Shown here: positions 11,162 through 21,114 of the stretch, one piece after another
How the letters are laid out: the number at the start of each line of letters is the position of its first letter
Position numbering within the stretch: the stretch's first letter is position 1
From: Candidatus Gastranaerophilales bacterium
GTDB taxonomy: Bacteria > Cyanobacteriota > Vampirovibrionia > Gastranaerophilales > JANQFW01
DNA length: 64,000 nt
Direction of reading: 5' to 3'
Assembly: GCA_028277625.1 (NCBI GenBank)
Contig: JANQFW010000038.1
Span: 903-64,902, forward strand
The notes under the pieces: generated by a model
Told to the model about the DNA's origin: nothing
Seen by the model: only the letters and a program-made list of their open reading frames with translations
Databases searched by the model: none
Position numbers and translations under genes: made by a program

Positions 11162-11395
11162 TATTGTTGCCTACTTCTCTAAATTTATTAATATTCTAAA
11201 TAAAACATAATTAAATATCAAGATGCCTTAGCTTGATTTGCTGGAAACCTTGAAGATTTATTTTTTTTGATATATTATATTTGCTAGTGGCTTATGATTG
11301 TGATATCAATAGTTATAGTATTCATTTTGATAATTTGAAAAATATTTTTAAATTAGTATATTATATATAGATAGACCAAAGGAGAAAATTAAATC

Positions 11396-11728
11396 ATGGT
11401 AAAAATTCGCTTAAAGCGTTTTGGAGACAAAAAAAATGCTATTTATAGAATTATAGTAATAAATAGCGCGGCTAAAAGAGAAGGTAGACCTATAGAACAA
11501 GTAGGCTTCTACAATCCAAAAACAAAAGAATTAAGATTAGATAAAACAAAAGCTACAGAATGGCTTAAAAAAGGTGCTCAGCCAACAGACACAGTTAAAT
11601 ACTTAATTGATAACTCAGATGAAAATGGCAACTTAATCAAAAAAGAAAAAGAAGGCCAAGCAAAATTATCTAAAAAAGCTAAAGCTAAAGCAGAAGCTGA
11701 AAAGCAAAATTCTGAAAGCGCTGCATAG
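11396..11728 (+). CDS. rpsP: 30S ribosomal protein S16
   Basis: [10 protein letters not shown]...YRIIV...GFYNP...GAQPTDTV. Confidence 0.97.
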   Translation: MVKIRLKRFGDKKNAIYRIIVINSAAKREGRPIEQVGFYNPKTKELRLDKTKATEWLKKGAQPTDTVKYLIDNSDENGNLIKKEKEGQAKLSKKAKAKAEAEKQNSESAA

Positions 11729-11764
11729 ATAAAAAGGCAAAGTATATTAGAATAAGTTTAACCG

Positions 11765-11794
11765 GAAAGAGAGCTTTAAAACTCTCTTTCTTTT
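11765..11794 (+). terminator. intrinsic terminator after rpsP
   Basis: gaaagagag-ctttaaaa-ctctctttc then T-run. Confidence 0.7.
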
Positions 11795-11799
11795 ATTGG

Positions 11800-12174
11800 C
11801 TAAGATTTCTCCTTCAGTGCTTCTTTTAAAGCAATTTCTAGCGTGCTTATTTTATTTTCTAATAATTTTATTCTCTCAGAGCTTTCTTTTGTCTCTATTT
11901 CAGCTCTTTCTACACTTCTGCTTTCTTTTTTAATTGCTTCTACCCAAGCAGACTCTCTAATTTTCATTAGTATAACACCCAGCAAAGTACCGTAAATCGC
12001 CATTAATATAATAAGAGCAGCTGTCATAGTTGTTTTAATAGGCTGATCAGGCCAATACATTATTTCTGCTGATAAACCTTTATTCATGTAGGCAAAAAAC
12101 AATATGTCACATATCACTATTAATACTAATATCAAATAAATTCTCTTAATGTTCTTGTTTAAAAAATCTTTCAT
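11800..12174 (-). CDS. small membrane protein (LapA/DUF1049-like topology)
   Basis: Two hydrophobic helices followed by a coiled coil. Confidence 0.6.
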   Translation of the reverse strand: MKDFLNKNIKRIYLILVLIVICDILFFAYMNKGLSAEIMYWPDQPIKTTMTAALIILMAIYGTLLGVILMKIRESAWVEAIKKESRSVERAEIETKESSERIKLLENKISTLEIALKEALKEKS

Positions 12175-12180
12175 TTTAAA

Positions 12181-13146
12181 TCAACTCCTTTGACCTAATA
12201 TTCTCATCAACTTTTGTATTTCTTGATCAGGTTCAATTTCTATAACTATTTTATCAGTTTTTTCTAAATTTTCATCAGAAATATTTAAAGGAAGTTCAGG
12301 ATTTGGCTTGTAGAACGACAATTTATAAGCCTGAAGAGCCTGCCCACTTAACTTAATATTTATATTATCTCCGCCATACAATGGATCACCTGCAACCGGA
12401 TGATGGATATGAGACATATGCACCCTTATTTGATGAGTACGCCCTGTTTCTAAAGTAGCCTCCACATAAGTAAATCGATTAAAGCGCTCTAGAACTCTCC
12501 AGTGTGTAACTGAATGCCGGCCTTTCTCAATAACTGCCATTTTATGACGATGAACAGGATGCCTGTCTATAGGGGCATCTATAGTTCCAGTATCGTCTTT
12601 TATATTTCCCAACACAGCTGTCAAATATTGTCTTGTAGCTATTTTGTACTTTAATTGCTCAGCCAAAAACTTATGAGCATAATCATTTTTTGCAATCATC
12701 AGTAAGCCGGATGTATCTCTATCCAACCTATGCAATATTCCTGGGCGCATTATACCGTTTATGCCGGAAAGCTTTCCTTCACAGTAATACAAAAGCGCAT
12801 TGACAAGGGTGTCTGTTCTTTCTTTGCTGGTAGGGTGAGTCAACATGCCTGCTGGTTTATTTACAACAAGCATATTATCATCTTCGTAACAAATCTCTAA
12901 TGGTATATTTTCTGCAGGTAAATCTAAAGGCTCTGCATCAGGTATTTGTATAGCAAGCTTATCAGCATATTTTAGCTTATAAGAAGTTTTGCTTACAATA
13001 TCATTTACCAGAACACTTTGCTTATCCCTTATTAATTGTTGGACTCTACTGCGTGAAATATTTGGAATAAGATTAGTCACAAAAATATCAAGCCTAGTGC
13101 CCGCATCTTCTAAATCAATTTCAGCTTTGAAAAGACTTTGGTTCAT
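12181..13146 (-). CDS. rluD: RluA/RluD-family pseudouridine synthase
   Basis: S4 domain, NKPAGM, HRLDRDTSG, TGRTHQIRVH; follows lspA. Confidence 0.9.
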   Translation of the reverse strand: MNQSLFKAEIDLEDAGTRLDIFVTNLIPNISRSRVQQLIRDKQSVLVNDIVSKTSYKLKYADKLAIQIPDAEPLDLPAENIPLEICYEDDNMLVVNKPAGMLTHPTSKERTDTLVNALLYYCEGKLSGINGIMRPGILHRLDRDTSGLLMIAKNDYAHKFLAEQLKYKIATRQYLTAVLGNIKDDTGTIDAPIDRHPVHRHKMAVIEKGRHSVTHWRVLERFNRFTYVEATLETGRTHQIRVHMSHIHHPVAGDPLYGGDNINIKLSGQALQAYKLSFYKPNPELPLNISDENLEKTDKIVIEIEPDQEIQKLMRILGQRS

Positions 13147-13618
13147 CTACCTTTTCTTTATCCTTGCTCCTCAGAGGAAAATTTAATATTATTATTATAA
13201 TAGCACCAATATTTATTGATGCATCAGCAATATTAAAAACCGGGAAATTAATAGAGTCTAATTGAATAAAATCTATAACGTAATTATAAAAGAGCCTATC
13301 ATATAAATTGCCTAAAGTTCCACCTAGTATAAGATTCCAGGCGATCAGAGGAAGAATTCGCATAGTATTTGCATTTTTTAATAAAAAATATAAAATTATT
13401 AAAGATACACTCAATGAAAAAATAATTAGAAAAACAATATTATTTTCTAGAATGCTAAAAGCCGCGCCTTTATTATAAATTTTGGTAATAGATAAAATTT
13501 GATTTATTATGGTAAATTTTTCAGAGTAATCGATAACGCTCTCTATATAAATTTTTGACAATCTGTCAATAATAAATATTATAAGAGCTATAATTACAAA
13601 ATATTTTTTTTTATTCAT
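13121..13618 (-). CDS. lspA: lipoprotein signal peptidase II
   Basis: NKGAAFS, GNLYDR, VIDFI, FPVFNIAD. Confidence 0.95.
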   Translation of the reverse strand: MNKKKYFVIIALIIFIIDRLSKIYIESVIDYSEKFTIINQILSITKIYNKGAAFSILENNIVFLIIFSLSVSLIILYFLLKNANTMRILPLIAWNLILGGTLGNLYDRLFYNYVIDFIQLDSINFPVFNIADASINIGAIIIIILNFPLRSKDKEKVDEPKSFQS

Positions 13619-13620
13619 TC

Positions 13621-14535
13621 TTAAATTTTACTTTTTGCAAAATTACTACAATTCTTCTTTTTTAGAAAAAAAGTACTTTCGGGTATTACGTTCACTCTTT
13701 GGTATAACAGTACCAGTCCTGTTAGTTTAATATCAGGGTGCGCATGGACATCTTCGGCCATTTCGGTATAGCCCACGGATGCCGCTGCAAACTCGTTATT
13801 GTTGGTCTTATTAGATTGCATAACTCTTTCTAACAAGCCTGAAGATGAAGGAATTTGCCTAAAAACTTCTTGTGGATTGATAGAAGGATGCACTATCGGC
13901 TGTCTAGTAATTGAACCTAATGCAAACATGCCCGCCGGAACCTCAGCTTGCAGTGTAGCTGTGTAAGTATCTCCTGCTAAAACTTGCTCTGGCGCATAAA
14001 AGTCCACTGTTAAATTTTTTGCTGAGCCATACTTTATTATTGTCTTTTCAAATAAAATTCTATCAGAAACAATTTGCCAGCTTTTACCAAATCGTTGTAA
14101 ATAAAGAACATTATCAGTCTGGCTTTCAAATACGCCTCTATCATGTGTAATGTCTGATTTTTTAAATGATACTCCTGTTATATACTCATTAAGATCAACA
14201 GCAGCTTGATTACCATTTATTCGCACATTTGTTATTTTTAAATTATACTTCAAATTGGGATAATTTACCCAGGCTTTACCTACTAGCTCAAAGAGTTTTT
14301 TACGGTCTATACCATCTGCACTCTTGTATTTGTACGATATATAATTTTTTAACTCATCTTTTTTATGTAAATTTAAAGTATTTGAAAATTTTTCTAAAAA
14401 AGCTACAACTTCTTTTACCAATAAATTATTCTGCAAAGAAATATTTACGTTGAAATCTTTTTTATTTGCTAACGAAGGTAATGCGTTAACGTTCATTATT
14501 AAGACAGCTAATAAAAAAATAATCGCTTTTTTCAT
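13621..14535 (-). CDS. secreted hypothetical protein (NTF2-like N-terminal domain)
   Basis: Sec-type signal peptide MKKAIIFLLAVLIMNVNALPSLA; alpha/beta pattern ending LQRFGKSWQIV. Confidence 0.65.
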   Translation of the reverse strand: MKKAIIFLLAVLIMNVNALPSLANKKDFNVNISLQNNLLVKEVVAFLEKFSNTLNLHKKDELKNYISYKYKSADGIDRKKLFELVGKAWVNYPNLKYNLKITNVRINGNQAAVDLNEYITGVSFKKSDITHDRGVFESQTDNVLYLQRFGKSWQIVSDRILFEKTIIKYGSAKNLTVDFYAPEQVLAGDTYTATLQAEVPAGMFALGSITRQPIVHPSINPQEVFRQIPSSSGLLERVMQSNKTNNNEFAAASVGYTEMAEDVHAHPDIKLTGLVLLYQRVNVIPESTFFLKKKNCSNFAKSKI

Positions 14536-14620
14536 CTATATACTCCACTTATAATTGATTTTAGGCTAAATGAAATAACCATCAACTTATAATATTTACT
14601 ACTGCTCCTCAATTGAATTT

Positions 14621-14666
14621 TAGACTAATCTTTTCAGATCTCTGAAAAGAATTTTTGAGTTAGTAT
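14621..14666 (-). repeat. dispersed intergenic repeat copy A (hairpin)
   Basis: Minus strand TATACTAACTCAAAAATTCTTTTCAGAGATCTGAAAAGATTAGTCTA. Confidence 0.8.
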
Positions 14667-14780
14667 AATATTATCATTTTAACAACAAAACACTTAAATT
14701 GTACAGAAGCCGAATATTTGGGATTAACCTTTACATTTTATTGATTTATAAGTTTTTTTGAGTAATTATTTTTTTTAGAT

Positions 14781-14837
14781 TATACTAATCTCTGAAAAGA
14801 GATTTTTAAATTATACTAATTCTAAAGTGCTTTTCAG
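14781..14837 (+). repeat. dispersed repeat copy B (two abutting partial copies)
   Basis: tatactaatctctgaaaagag... and tatactaattctaaagtgcttttcag. Confidence 0.7.
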
Positions 14838-14915
14838 AAAAAATTATTAATTAAATTTAAATAAAGAAGAGTATAAACAGTTTATTAGCCTAATAATAGG
14901 TAAGAGGACATAATA

Positions 14916-16100
14916 ATGGCAGTTGAAACAGTATTACAAGGACTGGAAAACAGCAATTTTACACTTACAGAAGAACAACAAGATATTAAAAAATGCGTTA
15001 GAGAATTTGCAGAGGCTGTAATTCCTGAACGCGCAGCACAAATAGATGAAGATGCTAAATTTCCTTGGGATATCTACGAGGAAATGATTAAAAGTGACTT
15101 GGTTGCTGTTCCATATCCTGAGGAATACGGGGGATTAGGGTTAGATCCTGTAGCAGAATGTATAGTTGTTGAAGAATTATCAAGAGTAGATTTATCTTGT
15201 TCCTTGGCTTGTATGGTTAATAGCCTTGGCAGTAAGCCTATTTTATTAGGTGGCAACGAGGAACAGAAGAAGAAATATATAACACCTATTGCTAAAGAGG
15301 GAAAAATATGTGCTTTTGGCCTTACCGAAGCTGGTGCCGGAAGTGACTTTATGGGAATACAAACAAAAGCAGTTAAAAAAGGTGATAAATATATAGTCAA
15401 TGGCTCAAAATTATTCATAAGTCATGGTAATCTAGCAGATTTTATTACTGTATTTGCTAAAACAGATCCAAAAGCAGGAATCAGAGGACTGTCTTGTTTT
15501 ATCATTGAAAAGGGTTACCCGGGCTTTAAAGTAGGAAAAACAGAACACAAATTAGGAATAAGAGGTTCAGAGACTGCTGAGTTAATATTTGAAGATATGG
15601 AAGTTCCTGCTGAAAATCTTTTGGGATCTGAAGGTTCAGGCTGGAAAATAGCAATGAACACTCTTGACTGCTCTAGACCTGGTGTTGGCGCACAAGGTGT
15701 GGGTGTTGCTCAAGGAGCTTTGGATTGTGCGTTTAAATATGCTCAAGAAAGAGAACAGTTTAACCAACCTATTGCAAACTTTGAAGCTGTTCAAAATATG
15801 CTGGTTGATATGGACATTAGAATACAAGCAGCTAGATTGATGGTTTACAGAGGAGCAGAAGCTGTTAAAACTAACAACAAAAATAAAGCAATGTATTCAT
15901 CTTTAGCTAAATGCTATGGTGGTGATGTTGCAATGAGAGTAACAACTGATGCGGTTCAAATCTTAGGTGGCTACGGATATACAAAAGAATTTCCAGTAGA
16001 AAGAATGATGAGAGATGCTAAAATTACCCAAATTTACGAAGGAACAAACCAGGTGCAGCGTATGGTTATCAGTAGACATCTCCTTAAAAACTATAAATAG
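14916..16100 (+). CDS. acyl-CoA dehydrogenase (butyryl-CoA/short-chain type)
   Basis: FGLTEAGAGSD, NGSKLFISHG, KLGIRGS, QILGGYGY, RDAKITQIYEGTNQVQR. Confidence 0.93.
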   Translation: MAVETVLQGLENSNFTLTEEQQDIKKCVREFAEAVIPERAAQIDEDAKFPWDIYEEMIKSDLVAVPYPEEYGGLGLDPVAECIVVEELSRVDLSCSLACMVNSLGSKPILLGGNEEQKKKYITPIAKEGKICAFGLTEAGAGSDFMGIQTKAVKKGDKYIVNGSKLFISHGNLADFITVFAKTDPKAGIRGLSCFIIEKGYPGFKVGKTEHKLGIRGSETAELIFEDMEVPAENLLGSEGSGWKIAMNTLDCSRPGVGAQGVGVAQGALDCAFKYAQEREQFNQPIANFEAVQNMLVDMDIRIQAARLMVYRGAEAVKTNNKNKAMYSSLAKCYGGDVAMRVTTDAVQILGGYGYTKEFPVERMMRDAKITQIYEGTNQVQRMVISRHLLKNYK

Positions 16101-16126
16101 TCAATAGAAACAAAAATTAAATAAAT

Positions 16127-16169
16127 ATAAAGCAGCTACATTAAATTTTTTAAAGTAGCTGTTTTTATT
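16127..16169 (+). terminator. intrinsic terminator
   Basis: aaagcagctac...gtagctgttttt after the acyl-CoA dehydrogenase. Confidence 0.6.
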
Positions 16170-16349
16170 AAAATCAATAAATAAGCCTAAAAATATAAAA
16201 ACAATTTCTTTTTTTTCCCTTTAAACTATTGCATTTAAGTAATGTAAGTTTTAAATTATTATACAGATGGCCTTTTTTTTAAAATTTTATTATTAGAGTA
16301 AAGATAAAGAAAGAAGTATAGGATTTTTTATGAGTAGAAAAGGAGAAAA

Positions 16350-17906
16350 TTGTTGGTTAAATACAATCAAAAATGTGGCGTTTATTCCACATCCGATGTT
16401 GAAGAAAGACACATAACGTCGCAGAGCCTAAACAATACTTCTGTAAATTTAAAAAAAACTAACTTTCAAGTTTTTGAAGAAATTGAGTATGAAACAGGTT
16501 TAGACTTAAACAATATCGAAACTCCTATACTGGATGCGTTAGAGAACTACTCAAATAACCCATCCATACCACTACATATTCCAGGGCACGCACGAGGTGA
16601 AGGTGTATTCCCTAAATTCAGGGACATAATTGGATCAAAAATAATAAATATTGACACAACCGACGAATTCGACAACCTAGGAACCTTACATCCTGCGACC
16701 GGACCTATTAAAAAATCTCAAGAATTAACCGCACAAGCCTTTGGTGCAAAAAACTCCTTTTTTCTTATAAATGGATCATCTGTCGGGAATCTTGCATTAG
16801 CGTTAACAGTCACTAAGGAAAATCAAAAAATAATAGTTGCAAGAAATTGCCATCGTTCTGTAATCAGTGGATTAACTATGACAGGCGCTATCCCTATTTG
16901 GGTTACGCCAGAATGGAAGGATGAATGGGAAATATGGGGAACTATAAATCCTGCTGAAATAGAACACCTACTGAATGAAAATCCTGATGCCACTACTGTA
17001 TGGATTACAAATCCAACTTATGAAGGAATTGTTAGCAATATTAAAAAGATAGCTGCAATATGTAAAAAAAGAAATATAACCTTATTAGTAGACGAAGCTC
17101 ACGGCTGTTTGTGGAATTTTCACGAAAAACTGCCTCAACCAGCTCTTAATTGCGGAGCTGATGCTGTTGTGCATTCTATACACAAAACCGGCGGTAGTTT
17201 TTCGCAGAGTTCTGTTTTGCACATAGGTAAAGAATCTAAAATTTGTGAAGAAGAACTTGAAGCAAACCTTAAAATTCTACAATCGACCAGTCCTTCTTAC
17301 TTATTACTTGCCAGTCTAGATTCTGCAAGGGCTTATTTATCTTCTGAGTATGGACTGAAAAAAGTTGATGCTGCTGTAGAAAATGCGATATTACTTAGAA
17401 AATGGCTGAATAGCCTACCTCGTGTAGAATGCCTTGAGCCAGAAGGTCAAAATATAGCTGTTGATCATACTAAGATATTCTTAAAAATTGATGGATTAAG
17501 CGGTAAAAGACTTGAGAGCATTCTAGAAATTGAATATCATATTGAAGTAGAAGCTGCAGCGGATAACGGAATTTTGGTACTGGTAAATATTGGGAATACA
17601 AAGTCTGAGCTGGAATACTTCTGGGAGTGTATGCACTCTATTGTCAGTAGTAATTATTCTGACATTAGTTATTTAAATAAAACAAAATACATGCCTTACT
17701 ACGTGCCTGAGATGGTTTATTCTCCACGTAAAGCTTTTATGAGTGCTAAAGAAAAAATCTCTACAGAAGACTCTATTGGAAGAATATCTGCTGAGGTAAT
17801 TGCAGAGTGTCCGCCTGGAATTCCTATACTAATGCCGGGGGAAAAAATTACCGAAGAACATCTTCCTTATATTAGAAGGTTAAAAACAATTAATGTTATC
17901 AAGTAA
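16350..17906 (+). CDS. PLP-dependent Arg/Lys/Orn decarboxylase (fold type I)
   Basis: HIPGH, LINGSS, RNCHRS, VDEAHG, SIHKT (PLP lysine), QSTSPSY, PPGIPILMPGE; exact start uncertain. Confidence 0.88.
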   Translation: MLVKYNQKCGVYSTSDVEERHITSQSLNNTSVNLKKTNFQVFEEIEYETGLDLNNIETPILDALENYSNNPSIPLHIPGHARGEGVFPKFRDIIGSKIINIDTTDEFDNLGTLHPATGPIKKSQELTAQAFGAKNSFFLINGSSVGNLALALTVTKENQKIIVARNCHRSVISGLTMTGAIPIWVTPEWKDEWEIWGTINPAEIEHLLNENPDATTVWITNPTYEGIVSNIKKIAAICKKRNITLLVDEAHGCLWNFHEKLPQPALNCGADAVVHSIHKTGGSFSQSSVLHIGKESKICEEELEANLKILQSTSPSYLLLASLDSARAYLSSEYGLKKVDAAVENAILLRKWLNSLPRVECLEPEGQNIAVDHTKIFLKIDGLSGKRLESILEIEYHIEVEAAADNGILVLVNIGNTKSELEYFWECMHSIVSSNYSDISYLNKTKYMPYYVPEMVYSPRKAFMSAKEKISTEDSIGRISAEVIAECPPGIPILMPGEKITEEHLPYIRRLKTINVIK

Positions 17907-17936
17907 AAATTTTATTAATTTTAAATTTATTATTTT

Positions 17937-18428
17937 TTAGTCCTCAATTAGGATATCATTTTCTGGCCCTATTTGAGGATTTTCTGTTTTTTCATACCAG
18001 TATGCAGCTGCTAAGCCACTAAAGGAATTAAATAGTGCACTTAAGCCTGCAATAAAGCTCATAAACATCAAAATTATTAATATACTTACCCCTAAGTCGG
18101 ACATTGAGTCTGTAAGACTTTTAGACTTAGGGACTAAGGAAAAAAATATGGCTAAATTAAATGGAATGTTAACAAGCATCGCTGTAAAGGCTGATGTAAA
18201 GCCTGAAACTCCACCAATAAATGCACCGTCTTGTATAGTTAAAATACCGACAAAAGCATTTTTCTTTAAATAAAATACCACCATTGCCCCTACGAGTGTA
18301 AAAACAAGAATAATTATGCATTTGAATAATAAAAATGGTACTAAGTATATAAGTCCAAAAATAAATCCTATTACAGCTCCCAACCAAAGCGATGATTTTA
18401 ATAACAACCCCATAAAACTTACCCTCAA
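17937..18428 (-). CDS. hypothetical membrane protein (about 4 TM)
   Basis: Hydrophobic Gly-rich helices. Confidence 0.7.
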   Translation of the reverse strand: MRVSFMGLLLKSSLWLGAVIGFIFGLIYLVPFLLFKCIIILVFTLVGAMVVFYLKKNAFVGILTIQDGAFIGGVSGFTSAFTAMLVNIPFNLAIFFSLVPKSKSLTDSMSDLGVSILIILMFMSFIAGLSALFNSFSGLAAAYWYEKTENPQIGPENDILIED

Positions 18429-18813
18429 AATAAAAAACTATGCCTTTATTTTAAACTATAAGGGAAATATAAACAATGACTTTTTTATGCTGGAATAATT
18501 AAATAGCTTATAATAAGCTATATTTTTAGTTTAAACTTTTGCCTACTGATTGAAGGCACTGATACTGCTAACACTTATATTCTCCTATCTATAATAAATA
18601 CATTTTTAAATTCTATTTTCTTTTATATTTTATCTATAAAAAACTTATAAATCACCAAATTTATAAGTAAATATTACAAATCATAATATATATTAGAATA
18701 TCTTTAATTTAGTTTATAAACAGTGTAGTAGTTGAAGAATAAAATAAAGATGTTTATAATTCTAAAGTATAGAATTAAAACTTAGTTATTTAAACTTTAT
18801 AAAGGGAGATGTT

Positions 18814-21087
18814 GTGGATATTTTGAATAATTCTAACGTAGTCGATGAAGTCAAAAGGGCTGAAAACCTAAACTTAAATACCTTTAATGATGAAAAATTA
18901 AAGGATAGCTTAAGCTATGGGGCTAATTATCTGGTTAATAAGCTGGTTAAGTTTAAAGTTAACGCGCCAAAAGCAATAAAAATGTGGGTAGAAATTACTA
19001 ATGAAAATATTACAACACCCCTGATGCAAGAAGACGAAACTGAATTATTAAAGGATTTAAAACAAAGTCCGCACAGCTACCTAAGTGGAAAAAATCAGGA
19101 AACGTTAATTATTCCTTTGCAAGGAAAAAATGGTAAGTTTGAAGCAATCGTAGATGATGTAAAACCAGGGAGTAAGTACAGATATATTTTTATAAATCAC
19201 AAAGGCAAACTCTTAACAAGAAACGACCCACGCTCAGCATCATTGCCATTTGATGTACATGGTTGGTCAGAAACAGTTGATCATAATGCTTTTGATTGGG
19301 GAAGTAATGAAAGTGATTGGATAACAGGAGTAGATCCAAGACGATTAAAACATCTCGAAGATAAAAAAAACTACGGCGCACCGCCAAAAATGATTATAGA
19401 TGAAGTAAACATTGCTGTTTTAGGTGGATATAAAAATGCAAAAAAAAGAATAGATAAAATTGTAGAATTAGGAGTAAATTCAATTGAGATAATGCCTGTT
19501 GCAGAGTTTGCAGGTAGATTTAACTGGGGATATGACGGTATAAATAATTTTTGCCCAAAGAGTTCTTATGGAAAGCCAGAAGATTTAAAAGAATTAATCA
19601 GGTATGCCCACGAAAAAGGCATAAGCGTAATCATGGATGTTGTTCCAAATCATATTGGTCCAATAGGATCCGTTCAAAATGATTATGGTCCTTGCTTTGA
19701 TAATAACAAATCAAGCCCTTGGGGCAAGGCTATTAACTTTGAAGGTTCTGGCAGTGAATATATGAAAAAATATATGGTTGATATGAGCCTTAACTGGCTG
19801 GCTAATTATCATTGTGACGGTTTAAGATTTGATATGACAAAATTTATGGATTCTGATATTACTATGAAATTAATATCTAGTACAATAAGAAATCACGAGA
19901 GAACTAAAGATGCTATCTTAATTGCTGAGGACGGAAGAAACTCTAAAAGAATATGTTCACCTCTGCTGCCTAATGAAATTGTTAATCCACTAGAAACAGC
20001 AAAAGCTGCGCATAAAGATCATAGCATCTTATACAATCTTGGATATAGCGCACAATGGGGGTTTGATTTCCAGCATACACTAGAGGCCCTGGTTACTAAA
20101 AAAAGTATTATGGGGCTAGAGCCAAGTCTGGAAGATCTTCAAAGTGAATTCCATACAGGCGTAAGGAAACATGATTATTACAATTGGGAGAGGACTTTAG
20201 ATAAAATTCCTGAGCCCCCTGCCAATACTCATGTTGTATATCATACAAGTCACGATGAAATAGGCAATCGTGGAGCCAAAAGGCTTGTATTAAAAATACT
20301 TTCCTCAAAATTAAAGCTAAATAAAAGAATACATGGCGGACAAAAAGAAACAAGCAAAATCCTATTTGAGCTTATAAAAAGAAGAAGTACAGGCGCGAAT
20401 ATTTGGGATTATAGTTTTCAAAAAAATATTGGAATAAAAAAACAGATAACTAAAACTGAATTTGAACATGCCTACAAAAGCGCTCAGGCTCTTTATAAAG
20501 TTGCAACAGGTACTGTATTTGCATATCCTGGTCCTAAGATGTTTATGATGGGAGATTTAGAAGGCGAGCTTAGCCCTTTTAAGTTTTTTGCAGAATATCC
20601 TCTGAAAAATAACAAGAATGACATTCATATTGCAAATAAGGTAAGTAAAGAAAAAGGATATGATGTTGGAGAACCTGCGCTAAAAGATTCTATGCTTTAT
20701 CAAAAAGAATATACTGATCCTGAATTTAAAGAGCACATTCAGCGCTACTGCTGTGACCTTATAAAAATTTATAAAGAAAACAGAGCACTTACTAATGTTA
20801 AAAAAATGAAAACCCATATATATAAGCATAACGACGTAATGCATGTACACAAATGGAATAATTTTAATGTAGTTATAGCTGTTATGAATTTTTCTAATAA
20901 AGATTATAAACACTTTAAGCTAAAAAATTTACCAAAGGGCACTTGGCAAGAGCTTATAAATAGTAATGACAAACAGTATGGCGGCAATGGACATCTAAAA
21001 AATAATTCTTGTCATACGGACAATGACTATCAACTAAGTATAATGCTGCCAAAAGATAGCTTTATAATCTTTAAAAAAATTGAGTAA
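18814..21087 (+). CDS. GH13 glycoside hydrolase, TreZ/branching-enzyme-like
   Basis: CBM48-like N-terminus, NWGYDG, DVVPNH, DGLRFD (nucleophile), IAED, SHDE; C-terminal LINSNDKQYGG. Confidence 0.85.
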   Translation: MDILNNSNVVDEVKRAENLNLNTFNDEKLKDSLSYGANYLVNKLVKFKVNAPKAIKMWVEITNENITTPLMQEDETELLKDLKQSPHSYLSGKNQETLIIPLQGKNGKFEAIVDDVKPGSKYRYIFINHKGKLLTRNDPRSASLPFDVHGWSETVDHNAFDWGSNESDWITGVDPRRLKHLEDKKNYGAPPKMIIDEVNIAVLGGYKNAKKRIDKIVELGVNSIEIMPVAEFAGRFNWGYDGINNFCPKSSYGKPEDLKELIRYAHEKGISVIMDVVPNHIGPIGSVQNDYGPCFDNNKSSPWGKAINFEGSGSEYMKKYMVDMSLNWLANYHCDGLRFDMTKFMDSDITMKLISSTIRNHERTKDAILIAEDGRNSKRICSPLLPNEIVNPLETAKAAHKDHSILYNLGYSAQWGFDFQHTLEALVTKKSIMGLEPSLEDLQSEFHTGVRKHDYYNWERTLDKIPEPPANTHVVYHTSHDEIGNRGAKRLVLKILSSKLKLNKRIHGGQKETSKILFELIKRRSTGANIWDYSFQKNIGIKKQITKTEFEHAYKSAQALYKVATGTVFAYPGPKMFMMGDLEGELSPFKFFAEYPLKNNKNDIHIANKVSKEKGYDVGEPALKDSMLYQKEYTDPEFKEHIQRYCCDLIKIYKENRALTNVKKMKTHIYKHNDVMHVHKWNNFNVVIAVMNFSNKDYKHFKLKNLPKGTWQELINSNDKQYGGNGHLKNNSCHTDNDYQLSIMLPKDSFIIFKKIE

Positions 21088-21114
21088 TTTAGTAGTAAGG
21101 GTACAAAAGGCTCT

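Noticed and set aside
11050-11180. T-box or glnA/glutamine riboswitch in the arg leader
   Set aside because: No T-box GGTGGNACC motif or stem I signature; CGTTCA is present but the other glnA-motif elements are not
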